Under the pieces are notes generated by a model. The model was given only the letters and a program-made list of their open reading frames with translations. It was not told the origin of the DNA and did not search any database. A stretch of DNA of 60,000 bases, taken from Botryllus schlosseri (lineage: Eukaryota). The position numbers and the translations under genes are program-made. The DNA is taken from contig CM119371.1 in NCBI GenBank assembly GCA_051294905.1, positions 5,148,001 to 5,208,000 of the forward strand. The letters are read 5' to 3'. Shown one piece after another: positions 38,701 through 49,335 of this stretch (positions are counted from its first letter, which is position 1; each line of letters starts with the position of its first letter).

Positions 38701-39617
38701 ATCTCACTTTTGTAGTTTTGACTTGAGTCAAGTCGAGTCATTTTTAATTCACCAACCAGTCAAGTGCAAGTGAATGAGTAGATGGTCGAGTCCAAGCCCA
38801 AGTGTTGTGGCTGGAGTACGAGTCCAAGTCATCGTGTTAACTGTGGAGTGTTGAGCTCAAACTGATTCAAACCAATTTTCAACTCTGCTCGAATGATATA
38901 GAATTGCTCACATTCATAACACCGTATTTCCCCTCAGACCTAACAGTTTCTGGCAGACCAATTACCAATCTTGTGGTGATTTTAATATTCTTTGAAGTTA
39001 CAATGAGCTGTCTGTCTTGGCCATCCTAGTCATATGTCCTGGTTTGAGTCATGCACAATGACTCGAGTACAAGTCAAGTCAATACACAAGGTGACTCGAG
39101 TCGAATCATATTACGCGCCTGAAAAAATGACTCGAGCCGTGTCACTAAAAAATTAGGACTCGTTTCGAGTCATGAATCCAGCCATCACAGCCCTGCCACT
39201 GTGAATATGATGTCGGTACTACATCTCATTATAAAGATAATTTAGTCATTTTTCGACCATACCTATTTCACTGTACTTTGTGACAATGCTGTGGCTTGAT
39301 CACAATGTAGGCAATACCGCCTATCGAGTTTAACAGCCTTCCACGGTGGAAATGCCATTAAAACTATAATTCTCATTGATAAATTACGGTAACTGTTAGG
39401 GACAACAAGTGTATATTTTCAGTAAATATACGAATATAGCGACACGATATCAACACTAAAATACCATGATTTTTTCAGCATTTTGTCTATTGACCCATCT
39501 CAACGACCTTCCGTGAAGCCAGTTGTCTCCAGCTACTTTGTGAAAGCCTACATACCTCAAAAACTACAGACCGTCTGTTTGCCTATCACAAATGTCAACG
39601 CGAGACAATCTTCACCG
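32790..39617 (+). pseudogene. PLK1: Array 2 of decayed PLK1-like kinase exons (8 copies)
   Basis: E1 ~32790-32928 ([37 protein letters not shown]|gtgag), E2 33563-33711, E3 34576-34701 (SLMEVYKRRRVITEPETGYYMLQILLAVVYLHDSEIIHTDIK), E6 35356-35530, E2 35996-36144, E3 37197-37322 (..IIHRDIK), E4 38323-38482 (LGNLFLNNNME.., internally deleted), E6 39479-39617. Copies are AG/GT bounded and several have stops or frameshifts. Confidence 0.88.
37766..39194. repeat. GACTCGAGTC/GACTTGAGTC-motif dispersed repeat family (MITE-like); two copies in this span
   Basis: Motif clusters at about 37766-38185 and 38658-39194; also about 170-370, 8840-9020, 20725-20800, 47210-47300, 53600-53745 and 58550-58775. 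TSDs were not resolved. Confidence 0.55.
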
Positions 39618-39870
39618 GTGAGATTTTTACGCAGCAAGTTAACAATTAGATCTTGACCAAAACCAACCACCGCGAAAAACAATTTATTTTATCGTTTATA
39701 AATTTTCACATGTTCATGGGAAGCATTGGTTTCATGGGGATCACTTCTCGGTGTGTGGAGAATAACGAAGAAGTGTCCCCGTTTTAGCTCGCTACTGGAC
39801 TACGAGCGGCGGCACTGCCACACATGCTGTGCATTACGCTTGAAACACAGGGTAACGTATCACGATTTCA

Positions 39871-40110
39871 TTGCAGTACTTCACATCAAGAATTAACTTC
39901 GCATATGATGGATGGGCTGCTGTGATGAAGGCATTCCAAAGTAAATATAGTCAGAAAGACTGGTACTGTGGAGTATGTGACCTTCAACTTACAGAGAGCA
40001 ATTCAATTCGTTGTGACTCCTGTCTCAACCGGGATCATCTCCTATGTGCTGGACTTAACACTTCCCCGAAACAAAACAAATGATTCTGTGGCCGCTGCAA
40101 AAAACAATAG
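39871..40110 (+). pseudogene. PHD-finger coding remnant, probably transposon-derived
   Basis: WYCGVCD...SIRCDSCLNRDHLLCAGL....KQNK*FCGRCKK gives the C4HC3 spacing, with the conserved W codon changed to TGA. Confidence 0.6.
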
Positions 40111-41941
40111 ACGCCTCTGTTAGAAAAATAGGTAGCGGCAACTTTGACATTGAAAGTACTTCAATGTTAGTTTTCATGCTAGATGTTCCCAGTGAAAACA
40201 CGCTATCAATGCTCAAATATCTTGGAAGCAGCAAATTGTATGCACAGCATTTACTGTCACTTGCAATATGGAACGTACGGAAATGCCAGCACGCATACCA
40301 GATTAACACCCAATGATCATATATACATTGAAAGTTATACAAAAATATTTTTCGAACAGTTTGTCGTATGTGTTCGATGACTTTTTCATACCTGCTTGTG
40401 CTTAAGTTGTTCACTCCCTTAATACAAGACTCTCGTCGAAGGGAAATATCTACTTGGGCCCATTTAATAGCTACCTAACCAAGAGATCTATCAACTGACC
40501 TATCATTTTGAATGGGTTACCATCTGTGAATTGCTGTATGGCAAATACCTCATTACCTCTTGTCGCCATAATAACACTCTTGCCATACCTGATTACCTCT
40601 GATAGTCCTATTAACGCTCTTGACCTACCTGATTGCCTCTGATAGTCGTAGTAACACTGTTGCCCTACTTCGCCCAGACATTGCTTCATTCATTCATTTG
40701 CTATCATTTAATTTTTCTTCATCTTTTCAACTACAATTCGTTACAGACGGATGATACAGACACAATGTAGGCATATACTTGTACCATGCGAGTTTTATCA
40801 GACCACTTGACTTCCAAGGCTGTATCGATCTCTCCTATCCGACACCAAATACTGTGCATGCACATATTTTCTGTATGATCATTGCTGCTGTCCATTTGTT
40901 CTGTATTTCTGTTCGTATGAAAATAAAGACGCACAGTCTCTCTCAGTTGGTATTCCAATCAATACTGCGCAGCAACATCAAGTATGAGTACTCGTAGTAC
41001 AGCAGAGGTGACAATTCCGTCTTAGCTGTACAAGTTCACGTACAATTGGTTAGGTCAACGACGCTTGCATGAGTTCAGAAATAGGTGGACGGAGCAAGAA
41101 TCTCGGCGAATCGTTCGTATTCTGACTGCATCCGGTTATTTAACCATAGCACTTTGGAACTCTTCGTATGGCGCAAACATTCCCTCGGAGCTCCAATTAT
41201 GAGCATACAAATCAGTATCCTACTTGTTCTTACTTCATTAAGCGTAGGTGAAGATCTCTTGTAAAGGTAAAGGTGGGCGTCAAGTTCTGGTACTTTCACG
41301 ACAGCAATTTGCAATTATTAGTATGGCGTAAACTTCCCCTCGGAGCTATAATTATGAGCATACAAATCACTGATCAAATCAGTAAGAGTAACCATTCAAA
41401 TCAGTAACCAGAAATGCGAATAAATAATGTACAAAACCGAAACCTGTCAAAAACGCATACGGTCTCCATAGTAACGGGCCTACGTCACACGGTGCCGGAC
41501 GAATAGCCTGAGAAAATTATTCGTCCGGTAACGGACGAGTAGCCACCGCCTTTTTTATTTCATCGATCATACAAAAGCTAATGTTAATAACCATGCAAGA
41601 TGTGGAATGATAGATTTATTAATCTCCGAAACTGATAATAAATCAGTGGTTTTCAACCTTTACTAACATGACGAACCCTTGCGCTAATCAGCAAGCCTTC
41701 TATGGCCGAAAATTATTGCCCAGTAAGAGTATCATAGAATACCAAAATCTACCTCATTATACGCCTGACACATCACTGTAAAATATTGTTCCTCAAGTCA
41801 ACAGTGCATCAAAAGAACGACACTCTATGATTGTCTCACGAAAAAAAATATTAGAAAGAATATTTCCTGCCAGGCAGTTCTGCTTCCTACTTTTTTGCCG
41901 CCGTACGACCCTAAGGTGTCGCTATGACTCCATAAGGTCTG

Positions 41942-42409
41942 CAGAGATGAGCATGGATTAGGATTAGGTTTTGAAAAAAACAGGATTTGTGAAATTTTGT
42001 CGGATTTGGATTAGACATTATTTTCAGAACGGATTTGGATTGGATTCACCTATTTTCTGGGAGGTTGAAATGTCGTGTGGCGAATGGCGACAAACTATAG
42101 ATAACTAAGGTAAACCGGTTTACCTTAGTTATCTATAGACAAACTTTATTTAGATCACTTAATGATGTACTTATGGTTACTAAGTTATCGTGAATCAAGT
42201 GAATCGTTTGTTGTGAAAGAAAATTTTCGAATCCCTCCATTGCATAAATTAGATTTTTTTCTGAATTTCCAGCTGGAATCGGATCAGGATTGGACATGGA
42301 CTTGAATTTGAAAAAGTTATGGAGTTATGGACTAGGATTTGGATTTGGATTTGAAGGTTCGGATTTGGATTGGATTAGGACATAGAAATTTCAAATCCGC
42401 TCATCTCTG
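41942..42409. mobile_element. hAT-type MITE with GGATTT/GGATT repeats
   Basis: TIRs CAGAGATGAGC ... GCTCATCTCTG; perfect 8-bp TSD AAGGTCTG (41934-41941 and 42410-42417). It is absent from the paralog at about 31345. Confidence 0.85.
42096..42137. mobile_element. 42-bp perfect palindromic mini-insertion
   Basis: TATAGATAACTAAGGTAAACCGGTTTACCTTAGTTATCTATA flanked by the direct repeat GACAAAC (42089-42095 and 42138-42144). Confidence 0.7.
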
Positions 42410-44321
42410 AAGGTCTGCCCAATGATTGGGTATGCGAGACCTCAGGACTCAGGTGTTCTGCTTTTCATATTCACTGCTCAGTGCTCAGTTTAGTTTAGTT
42501 GTTAGTTGTAGGTCGAATTTTCAAGTAGTTCTAATTCTAGTTCGTGATTTTGAATAGTTTATAGTTATAGTTAGGGAAAATTAGCTGCCGATAAACTGAA
42601 ACTTGAATCAGAAGTCGGAAGTAGAAAACGTATTGTCATCTAACGTAAATTGTGATGCCAGTGTTTTATTGGGTGATGTTCTTGCAACTAATAACAATTA
42701 CAAGCTCAGAATCATCACTAGTAACGGTTGAGCAGCTAAGGGGTGGTTTTCGATGGTCAAAACCCATCCCATTTCAAACTTGCACTGATGTTCATTGTTC
42801 ATGCGGAAAGCCGATTCTAATAAGATAAATATGAAGTCGATTCAAGATTGAATCTATACTTGTGATTCATAGTTGCGAAGGCAGTTAGTTCTAGTCTTTT
42901 CTAGCGTGTCTAAAAGTGAGTAATTCGAGTTTAGTTTACTCAATTTGAAAATTCAGTAGTTTGTACAAGTAGGCTATGACTGAGAACGGTGCTTTTTCCA
43001 TGCATATGTCTATCTTGAAAAGGGCCTGCAATAGAGTTTGGATAAATATATATCTCCGAAAAGGTTATCTGACATTCTGCAGCACTTGTTCGGTACGCAT
43101 TTACACATTGGAAAGTGATCCCCATGATCACCACCAATCGGCGTTCCCAAAAACTCCATGACCACGTACGCGAGAGTAAGCGAATGAAATATCTGACACT
43201 GTCACATTTTTGTTTTGGTGATCGGCCAGAGTGGAATTGGTGGCAACGTCACACACAACTTTTCCTGTGATTACTTGATTATTCTACGCAAGAAACCCTT
43301 CTGTCACGCGCAACTTATTGCTGAAAACAACCACTTTTTCCATTCTGGGCGTACGGAAATGATGTATTGTTTGTGCACATTCAAAAGGGGCATTGTTTTT
43401 CACTAGCCAAATGCAACTCAATTGTCATTCGATTAAGAGAGATATCCAAGAAATGAAAATAGGGAGCACTTGAATATCGCGCAAAAACCATAAATGTTGA
43501 CATGCTCAATTGCTCATGGGGAACATTGATTGTTGGTAATCATGGGGAACATTTTCCAGTGTGCGAAGTATACCAAAGAAGGTATTGCAGCATGTGCATA
43601 AGTTCGCTAATTTTAACAATCTTCAGACTGATTATTTTCGTATAAAGCTTGCCTCCCTGGAAGTATTGATGTTTGTCTGATGTTTTTGGTTATGGTCACA
43701 TTATGATTTGTGAGAGCTGCTTGTATATGGTGTCTTATCGTTGGTTCCTATATGTTCATATTTTCACTGTTGAAAATTTCACTAGTGCCGATGGGTACAA
43801 TGGTTACATTACTGTATTCGAATTTAGTATTAATTGCAATAATTCAAGTAGAGTAGTGAGAGATGATTTTTTCAAGTACGGTACTGTAATATAATCTTAC
43901 ACTCCTTGATAAGATACTAAGAGTTATATTCTTACTGCCATACATCGGTGATCGGATTTGTTGGAAGTAAAGCAAATTTCTCTTATTAAAATACAAACTC
44001 TTTCTTGTCCTGTTTCAATCTTTTTGTATTTTTGTGAAAAACATTCGATAATTTTGACGCTGTTGTATATGCACAGTTGATTTTGCGCACCAGTATTCTA
44101 TAGTAATGCATCAGTTGTGCAATGTGATGGATTTTGGTTTCCGTAATTTCGAAAATTTGTAGTTTGCTGAAGGCCTGCAGATTATCGTATGGGCTTGCCT
44201 AGTTATCGTAGTTAGGAAAGGCCAAGAACTACTGCTAAAACAGTTATAGCTTTCACAATGCCTTGCCGTTTGATTTGATAAGTGGGTGGTGGAAGTTTTT
44301 AATATTGACCGAGGAGGTGTG

Positions 44322-45550
44322 GGGTCAAGTGTAGAATACGGCCAGTGATCCCCATGACCATCACAGATCATTGTTTCACATTACACCAACAAATTCTTCC
44401 CATGAACACATCAAAATAAATTGTTTTTCTTTCCTGTGGCGTGACGGACTGACGGATATTGGGGTTGTCGGAGGGGCTATTAGGGTTGGGGGAGCAGGGA
44501 TGCTGGGAATATTAGGGTTGCCGGAGGTGGGATATTAGGGTTGCCGGTTGTGGGATATTAGGGTTGGGGGAGGGGGATATTAGGATTGCCGGAGGTGGGA
44601 TATTAGGGTTGCCGGAGATGGGATATTAGGGTTGCCGGAGGTGGGATATTAGGATTGGGGGAGGGGATATTAGGGTTAGGAGATCTATATCCATCACCCC
44701 AACCTTAATCTTGGGATGGCCTAACCCCAGCCCCTCCGGCTACCCTAATATACCCCCAACCCTAACATACCCCTAACCCTAATCTCCCCCCTCCGGCAAC
44801 CCTAACATCCCACCTCCCCTAACCCTAATATCCCACCTCCCCTAACCCTAATATCCCACCTCCCCTAACCCTAATATCCCACCTCCCCTAACCCTAATAT
44901 CCCACCTCCCTCAACCCTAATATTCCACCTCAGGCAACCCTAATATCCCCCTTCCCTAATATCTCACCTCCGGCAACCCTAACATCCCACCTCCCCTAAC
45001 CCTAATATCCCACCTCCCCCAACCCTAATATTCCACCTCCGGCAACCCTAATATCCCATCTCCGGCAACCCTAATATCCCACCTCCGGCAACCCTAATAT
45101 CCCACCTCCCCTAACCCTAATATCCCACCTCCCTCAACCCTAATATTCCACCTCAGGCAACCCTAATATCCCCCTTCCCTAATATCTCACCTCCGGCAAC
45201 CCTAACATCCCACCTCCCCTAACCCTAATATCCCACCTCCCCCAACCCTAATATTCCACCTCCGGCAACCCTAATATCCCACCTCCGGCAACCCTAATTT
45301 CCCACCTCCGGCAACCCTAATATCCCACCTTCCCCAACCCTAATATCCCACCTCACCAATCCTAATATCCCACCTCCGGCAACCCTAATGTCCCACCTCC
45401 GGCAACCCTAATATCCGACTCTCCACAGGCAAAATAAAAACAATTTATTTTGACGTGTTCATGTGAAGCACTATGAGTTTTTACATGTTCATGTGAAACA
45501 TTAATCGGTGATGGTCATGGGGATCACTGGCCGTATTCTACACTTGACCC
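44322..45550. mobile_element. Mutator/foldback-like element carrying an inverted TTAGGG-containing minisatellite
   Basis: ~120-bp imperfect TIRs starting GGGTCAAGTGTAGAATACGGCCAGTGATCCCCATGACCATCAC; perfect 9-bp TSD GGAGGTGTG (44313-44321 and 45551-45559). Confidence 0.88.
44455..45420. repeat. ~23-bp minisatellite AACCCTAATATCCCACCTCCGGC in two opposing arms
   Basis: G-rich orientation at about 44455-44680 and C-rich orientation at about 44697-45420. Confidence 0.9.
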
Positions 45551-48345
45551 GGAGGTGTGTCTTAAAAAGTTGAAGAACTACTGTTCTAGACAATATATAT
45601 TCGGTATACTGCCAACGTTCCTGCTGGTATTACAGTGTTATAATAGTTGGGCTTTGTAAAGTAGACAGACTTTTGGGGTTGTTTGAAAATCAATTTTGTT
45701 TTCAAATCTTACTGGCTAGTTGATGAATATGCCAAGTTTGTTAAGCGAAAACTAATATGGTGGAAAATTATTGATTTTTAACAACAATCAAAAATTTCAT
45801 TGAAATTGTATCGGCTCCCACATGGAATTGTTAGGTTGTCTACAAAAATATTGAAAGATTTATATTCATCAACTCCAACCCATAGAAGTATCAGGGTACG
45901 AAATGTTGGATTATGAAAAATAATACTCTTTCCTATAGGACATTTCATCTTTAAAACTGGATTGAACGGGTTCATGAGCCTGTATCATTGCACAGTTCCA
46001 GTCTTGCGGAGTTAACTACGCCTTGTGAAACCTAAAACGATATTTGGGTCCCGTGATTCTAATTTTTTGCAAGCTCCAAAGATGATCTGAAAAGCGCTAC
46101 AATAGTAATTGCTAGGGCTGGGTAGTGTCCTAGTGGGCATCAGGTTTTAATGAATTGATTGGGACAATAAGGGATTGTTTTTTTCGGAGTTTCGAAATCA
46201 TATGATCCTCGCCACTAAGATGTAACTTGTCAAATCAGAATTCGAGTTTCGATGCTATTTTCTTCTGCGAAAGGATTGAAAACATGAATTGTTGTCAAAA
46301 GTTGAATGAAATGGTTGTGGTCTAAAAACACCAAGCTATCTTTATTGTGATATAAAACTGGCATTATGCACTTCGTGATCGCGTAAATGGTACATATCTG
46401 AACTTGACACATCTTTCGTATTGTTATGTCGTCACAACGAAGGATACTCAAATCCCCAACTTGACTCGAAGCCTAATACTCGATTTATATCTACTGATTA
46501 CGCATGGGAGAACTCATGCGGGCACCACGTTAAAAGGTCTAAAATTAGAATTAAAATTGTTGAAACCATATTGAATGGTTCCGGGAATTCAAAAGGTCAT
46601 ATACATAGCATTTCATTAACTATATTCATAAATATGGTAAAATGCCATGCAAAATTCTTCCATCTCGTTTTGATTGCAGAAATTCAAAATGAAATGAGGT
46701 CTATAGAAAGGGAACCAATTTGAAAGCTAGGATTTATCAGGCAGTGTCCACTCTGTGTGCAGTATGTGCTAAAATCTTCTAGTTTAGTCCTGCCGTCAAT
46801 TGTAGCCAGTGTTGGGTTCAATTCACCACCTTTTCTATCCACGACAATATGAATATCACCAATAAGTGTTTCCGGTGAACATGTTAAAATTTATCGTGTT
46901 CGTAATGGGTTAAGGGCAGACTTGGACAACTAGAAAGCTTTCAGCTTTTTTAAAGTTAGCTAGCTAGCTACACATATTTTAAATTTCCGAATTTGATTAG
47001 ACTTAGACTTACCGATACTGAATTTGTGAAAACTTGGTAGTTAAATCAATTTAATCTCGTATCAAATCATAGAGTTCATTCCAATACTTATGGAAATGTG
47101 TGTGCTGTACAGCAAGCTTGACTCGTTTTACATGGTACAGTTCTCTATCATTTTCAATAAAATCAGACAACAAATAAGAAACAAAATGAGAGCATATTCA
47201 CATTTCACAGTCACCATCGAGTCATGTCAGGTCAATCGATTTTTGAAGGTGACTCGAGTCAAGTCAAGTCAAGTCACGAGTCAATTCACGATTCAAGTCA
47301 AATTGAATTTTCGAAGTATGAGTGATGATGAAAAGTCATTACAGTTTGCTGACTGTGTAAAATCCAGCTTAATTGACCAAAATTACCATTTATCTTGAAT
47401 CTAATAACGAATATAAAGTTAACTATACATGCAAAAAGGCGTTGTATCATTCACCAATACGCAGAACTTCTACATGAGTAACTGAATAGCTACATGCTAT
47501 ACAGTCTGTTATTATCTGCCAAAATGGCGAATCGAATACGAAGCCTCAGGATGTTGAAACAAATTGCTATGGTACAATACACTACTCAGCTACATGTCCG
47601 TGAGAATTTGAAAGCATAAACTATATTCACTCAATTTAAATTATACAAGAGAGTTGGTAAAGGTGAGCACTGCATAGTGTAAGCACTTGATCCGTCTAAC
47701 AAACAGAGATGCGTCCCTATTAGATCAGTGGTTCTCAATCTTTTTGGCTTCGCGTATCCATTTTCAGATCGCAACCGACCCCCGTGGGCCCCTCATGCAT
47801 ATGCATCTGTGGTGCCTTTCCTGTCGGCAAATCAGTTCAATTAGCTTGAAATTAATTTCAACTTGGAGCCTTCAAGGCGAGACGGTGGCATTTACGGATT
47901 TCATAGGAAATCTGCAAAGATCAACGACAGGACTGAGCATGGTGACCCTGATCTTGAGAATTGGCTGCAATTAGCTCATGTGTAGAAAAATTCTCATTAA
48001 GTAGTAGAGTTGTTTATGAATAATACCCTGAATGATGAATATCATGTGACATCAACAACTGTTATTGGTATTGTAATTAATCATGTTTCATAAAAGTCCG
48101 TTGCGTACAGCTGCTTGTCTGCATCTTCGCCATTTCGGACATGCCCGTGAAAAGTCGAGCATGCTAGCATTAGACATGCATTCATTTCGATAAGTGAGGC
48201 TTAAGTCGTGAGATGGTAATGCCACTCAGATTTGGGTAGTGGTCGTAAACGTTGAAGAACCACTGGTCTCAAAAAGATTGCCAAACACACACCTCTGTCG
48301 GCTAGTGCTATCGGAGCTGGTGGTTAACGCGACCAAGGCAATGAT

Positions 48346-49335
48346 TGCGGAAAAGCGTTTGCTCGGATCGGACACTTGAAAACACATGAGAATACACATA
48401 CTGGAGTCAAAAACTATGAGTGTCAGATATGCGGAAAAGCTTTTAATCGGCTTTGTGACTTGAAAAAACATGGAAATACACATACCGGAGTCAAAAAATA
48501 TAAGTGTCGGATATGCGGAAAAGCGTTTACCCAGCTTGGTAACTTGAAACAACATGGAAATACACATACTGGAGTCAAAAACTATGCATGTCAGATTTGC
48601 GGAAAAGCGTTTGCTCTGATCGGACACTTGAAAACACATGAGAATACACATACTGGAGTCAGAAACTATGAGTGTCAAATTTGTGGAAAAGCATTTATCA
48701 GGCTCAGTAGCTTGAAAATACATGGATATACACATACCGGAGTCAAAAACTATGCATGTCAAATTTGTGGGAAAGCGTTTATTAAGCTCAGTAACTTGAA
48801 AAGACATGGAAAGGCACATACCGGAGTCAAAAACTATAGGTGTGAAATCTGCGGACAAGCATTTACGCAGCTCGACTACTTGAAAACACATGGAAATACA
48901 CATACTGGAGTCAAAAACTATGCATGTCAGATTTGCGGAAAAGCATTTACCCGGCTTGGTAACTTGAAACAACATGGGAAGACACATACTGGAGTCAAAA
49001 ATTATGCATGTCAGATCTGTGGAAAAGCGTTTATCCATCTTGGTAACTTGAAACAACATGGGAATACACATACTGGAGTCAAAAACTATGCATGTCAGAT
49101 CTGCGGAAAAGCGTTTACCCAGCTCAGTCACTTGAAAACACATGACAATACACATAATGGAGTCAGAAACTATGCATGTCAGATTTGCGGAAAAGCATTT
49201 ACTCAGATTGGTCACTTGAAAGAACATGGGAATACACATACTGGAGTCAGAAACTATGCACGTCAGGTCTGCGGAAAAGCGTTTACACACCTTGGTAACT
49301 TGAAAAGGCATGAAAGTACACATTCAGTTGAATAG
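48346..49335 (+). CDS. Tandem C2H2 zinc-finger array (10 intact fingers, 1 degenerate finger and a 5' half finger); 5'-incomplete
   Basis: 28-aa/84-bp repeats CQICGKAFxxLxxLKxHGNTHTGVKNYx, open to TAG at 49335. The ORF-track start (48376) is TTG, there is no in-frame ATG, and an in-frame TAA sits at 48325. Confidence 0.75.
   Translation, partial: CGKAFARIGHLKTHENTHTGVKNYECQICGKAFNRLCDLKKHGNTHTGVKKYKCRICGKAFTQLGNLKQHGNTHTGVKNYACQICGKAFALIGHLKTHENTHTGVRNYECQICGKAFIRLSSLKIHGYTHTGVKNYACQICGKAFIKLSNLKRHGKAHTGVKNYRCEICGQAFTQLDYLKTHGNTHTGVKNYACQICGKAFTRLGNLKQHGKTHTGVKNYACQICGKAFIHLGNLKQHGNTHTGVKNYACQICGKAFTQLSHLKTHDNTHNGVRNYACQICGKAFTQIGHLKEHGNTHTGVRNYARQVCGKAFTHLGNLKRHESTHSVE

Larger units (their letters stand above)
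41580..43980 (-). repeat. Inverted segmental paralog of 24860-26111 plus 31287-31660 (LINE-empty copy)
   Basis: For example, 43920-43975 is the reverse complement of 24863-24920 and 42600-42830 that of 25775-25998. The LINE target occurs once, at about 42495-42592. Confidence 0.88.

Noticed and set aside
44455..45420. True telomere or telomere-fusion site
   Set aside because: TTAGGG occurs about once per 23-bp unit rather than as a pure array, and the block is enclosed by TIRs and a TSD.
48226..49323. 365-aa minus-strand ORF
   Set aside because: Antisense shadow of zinc-finger array 2.
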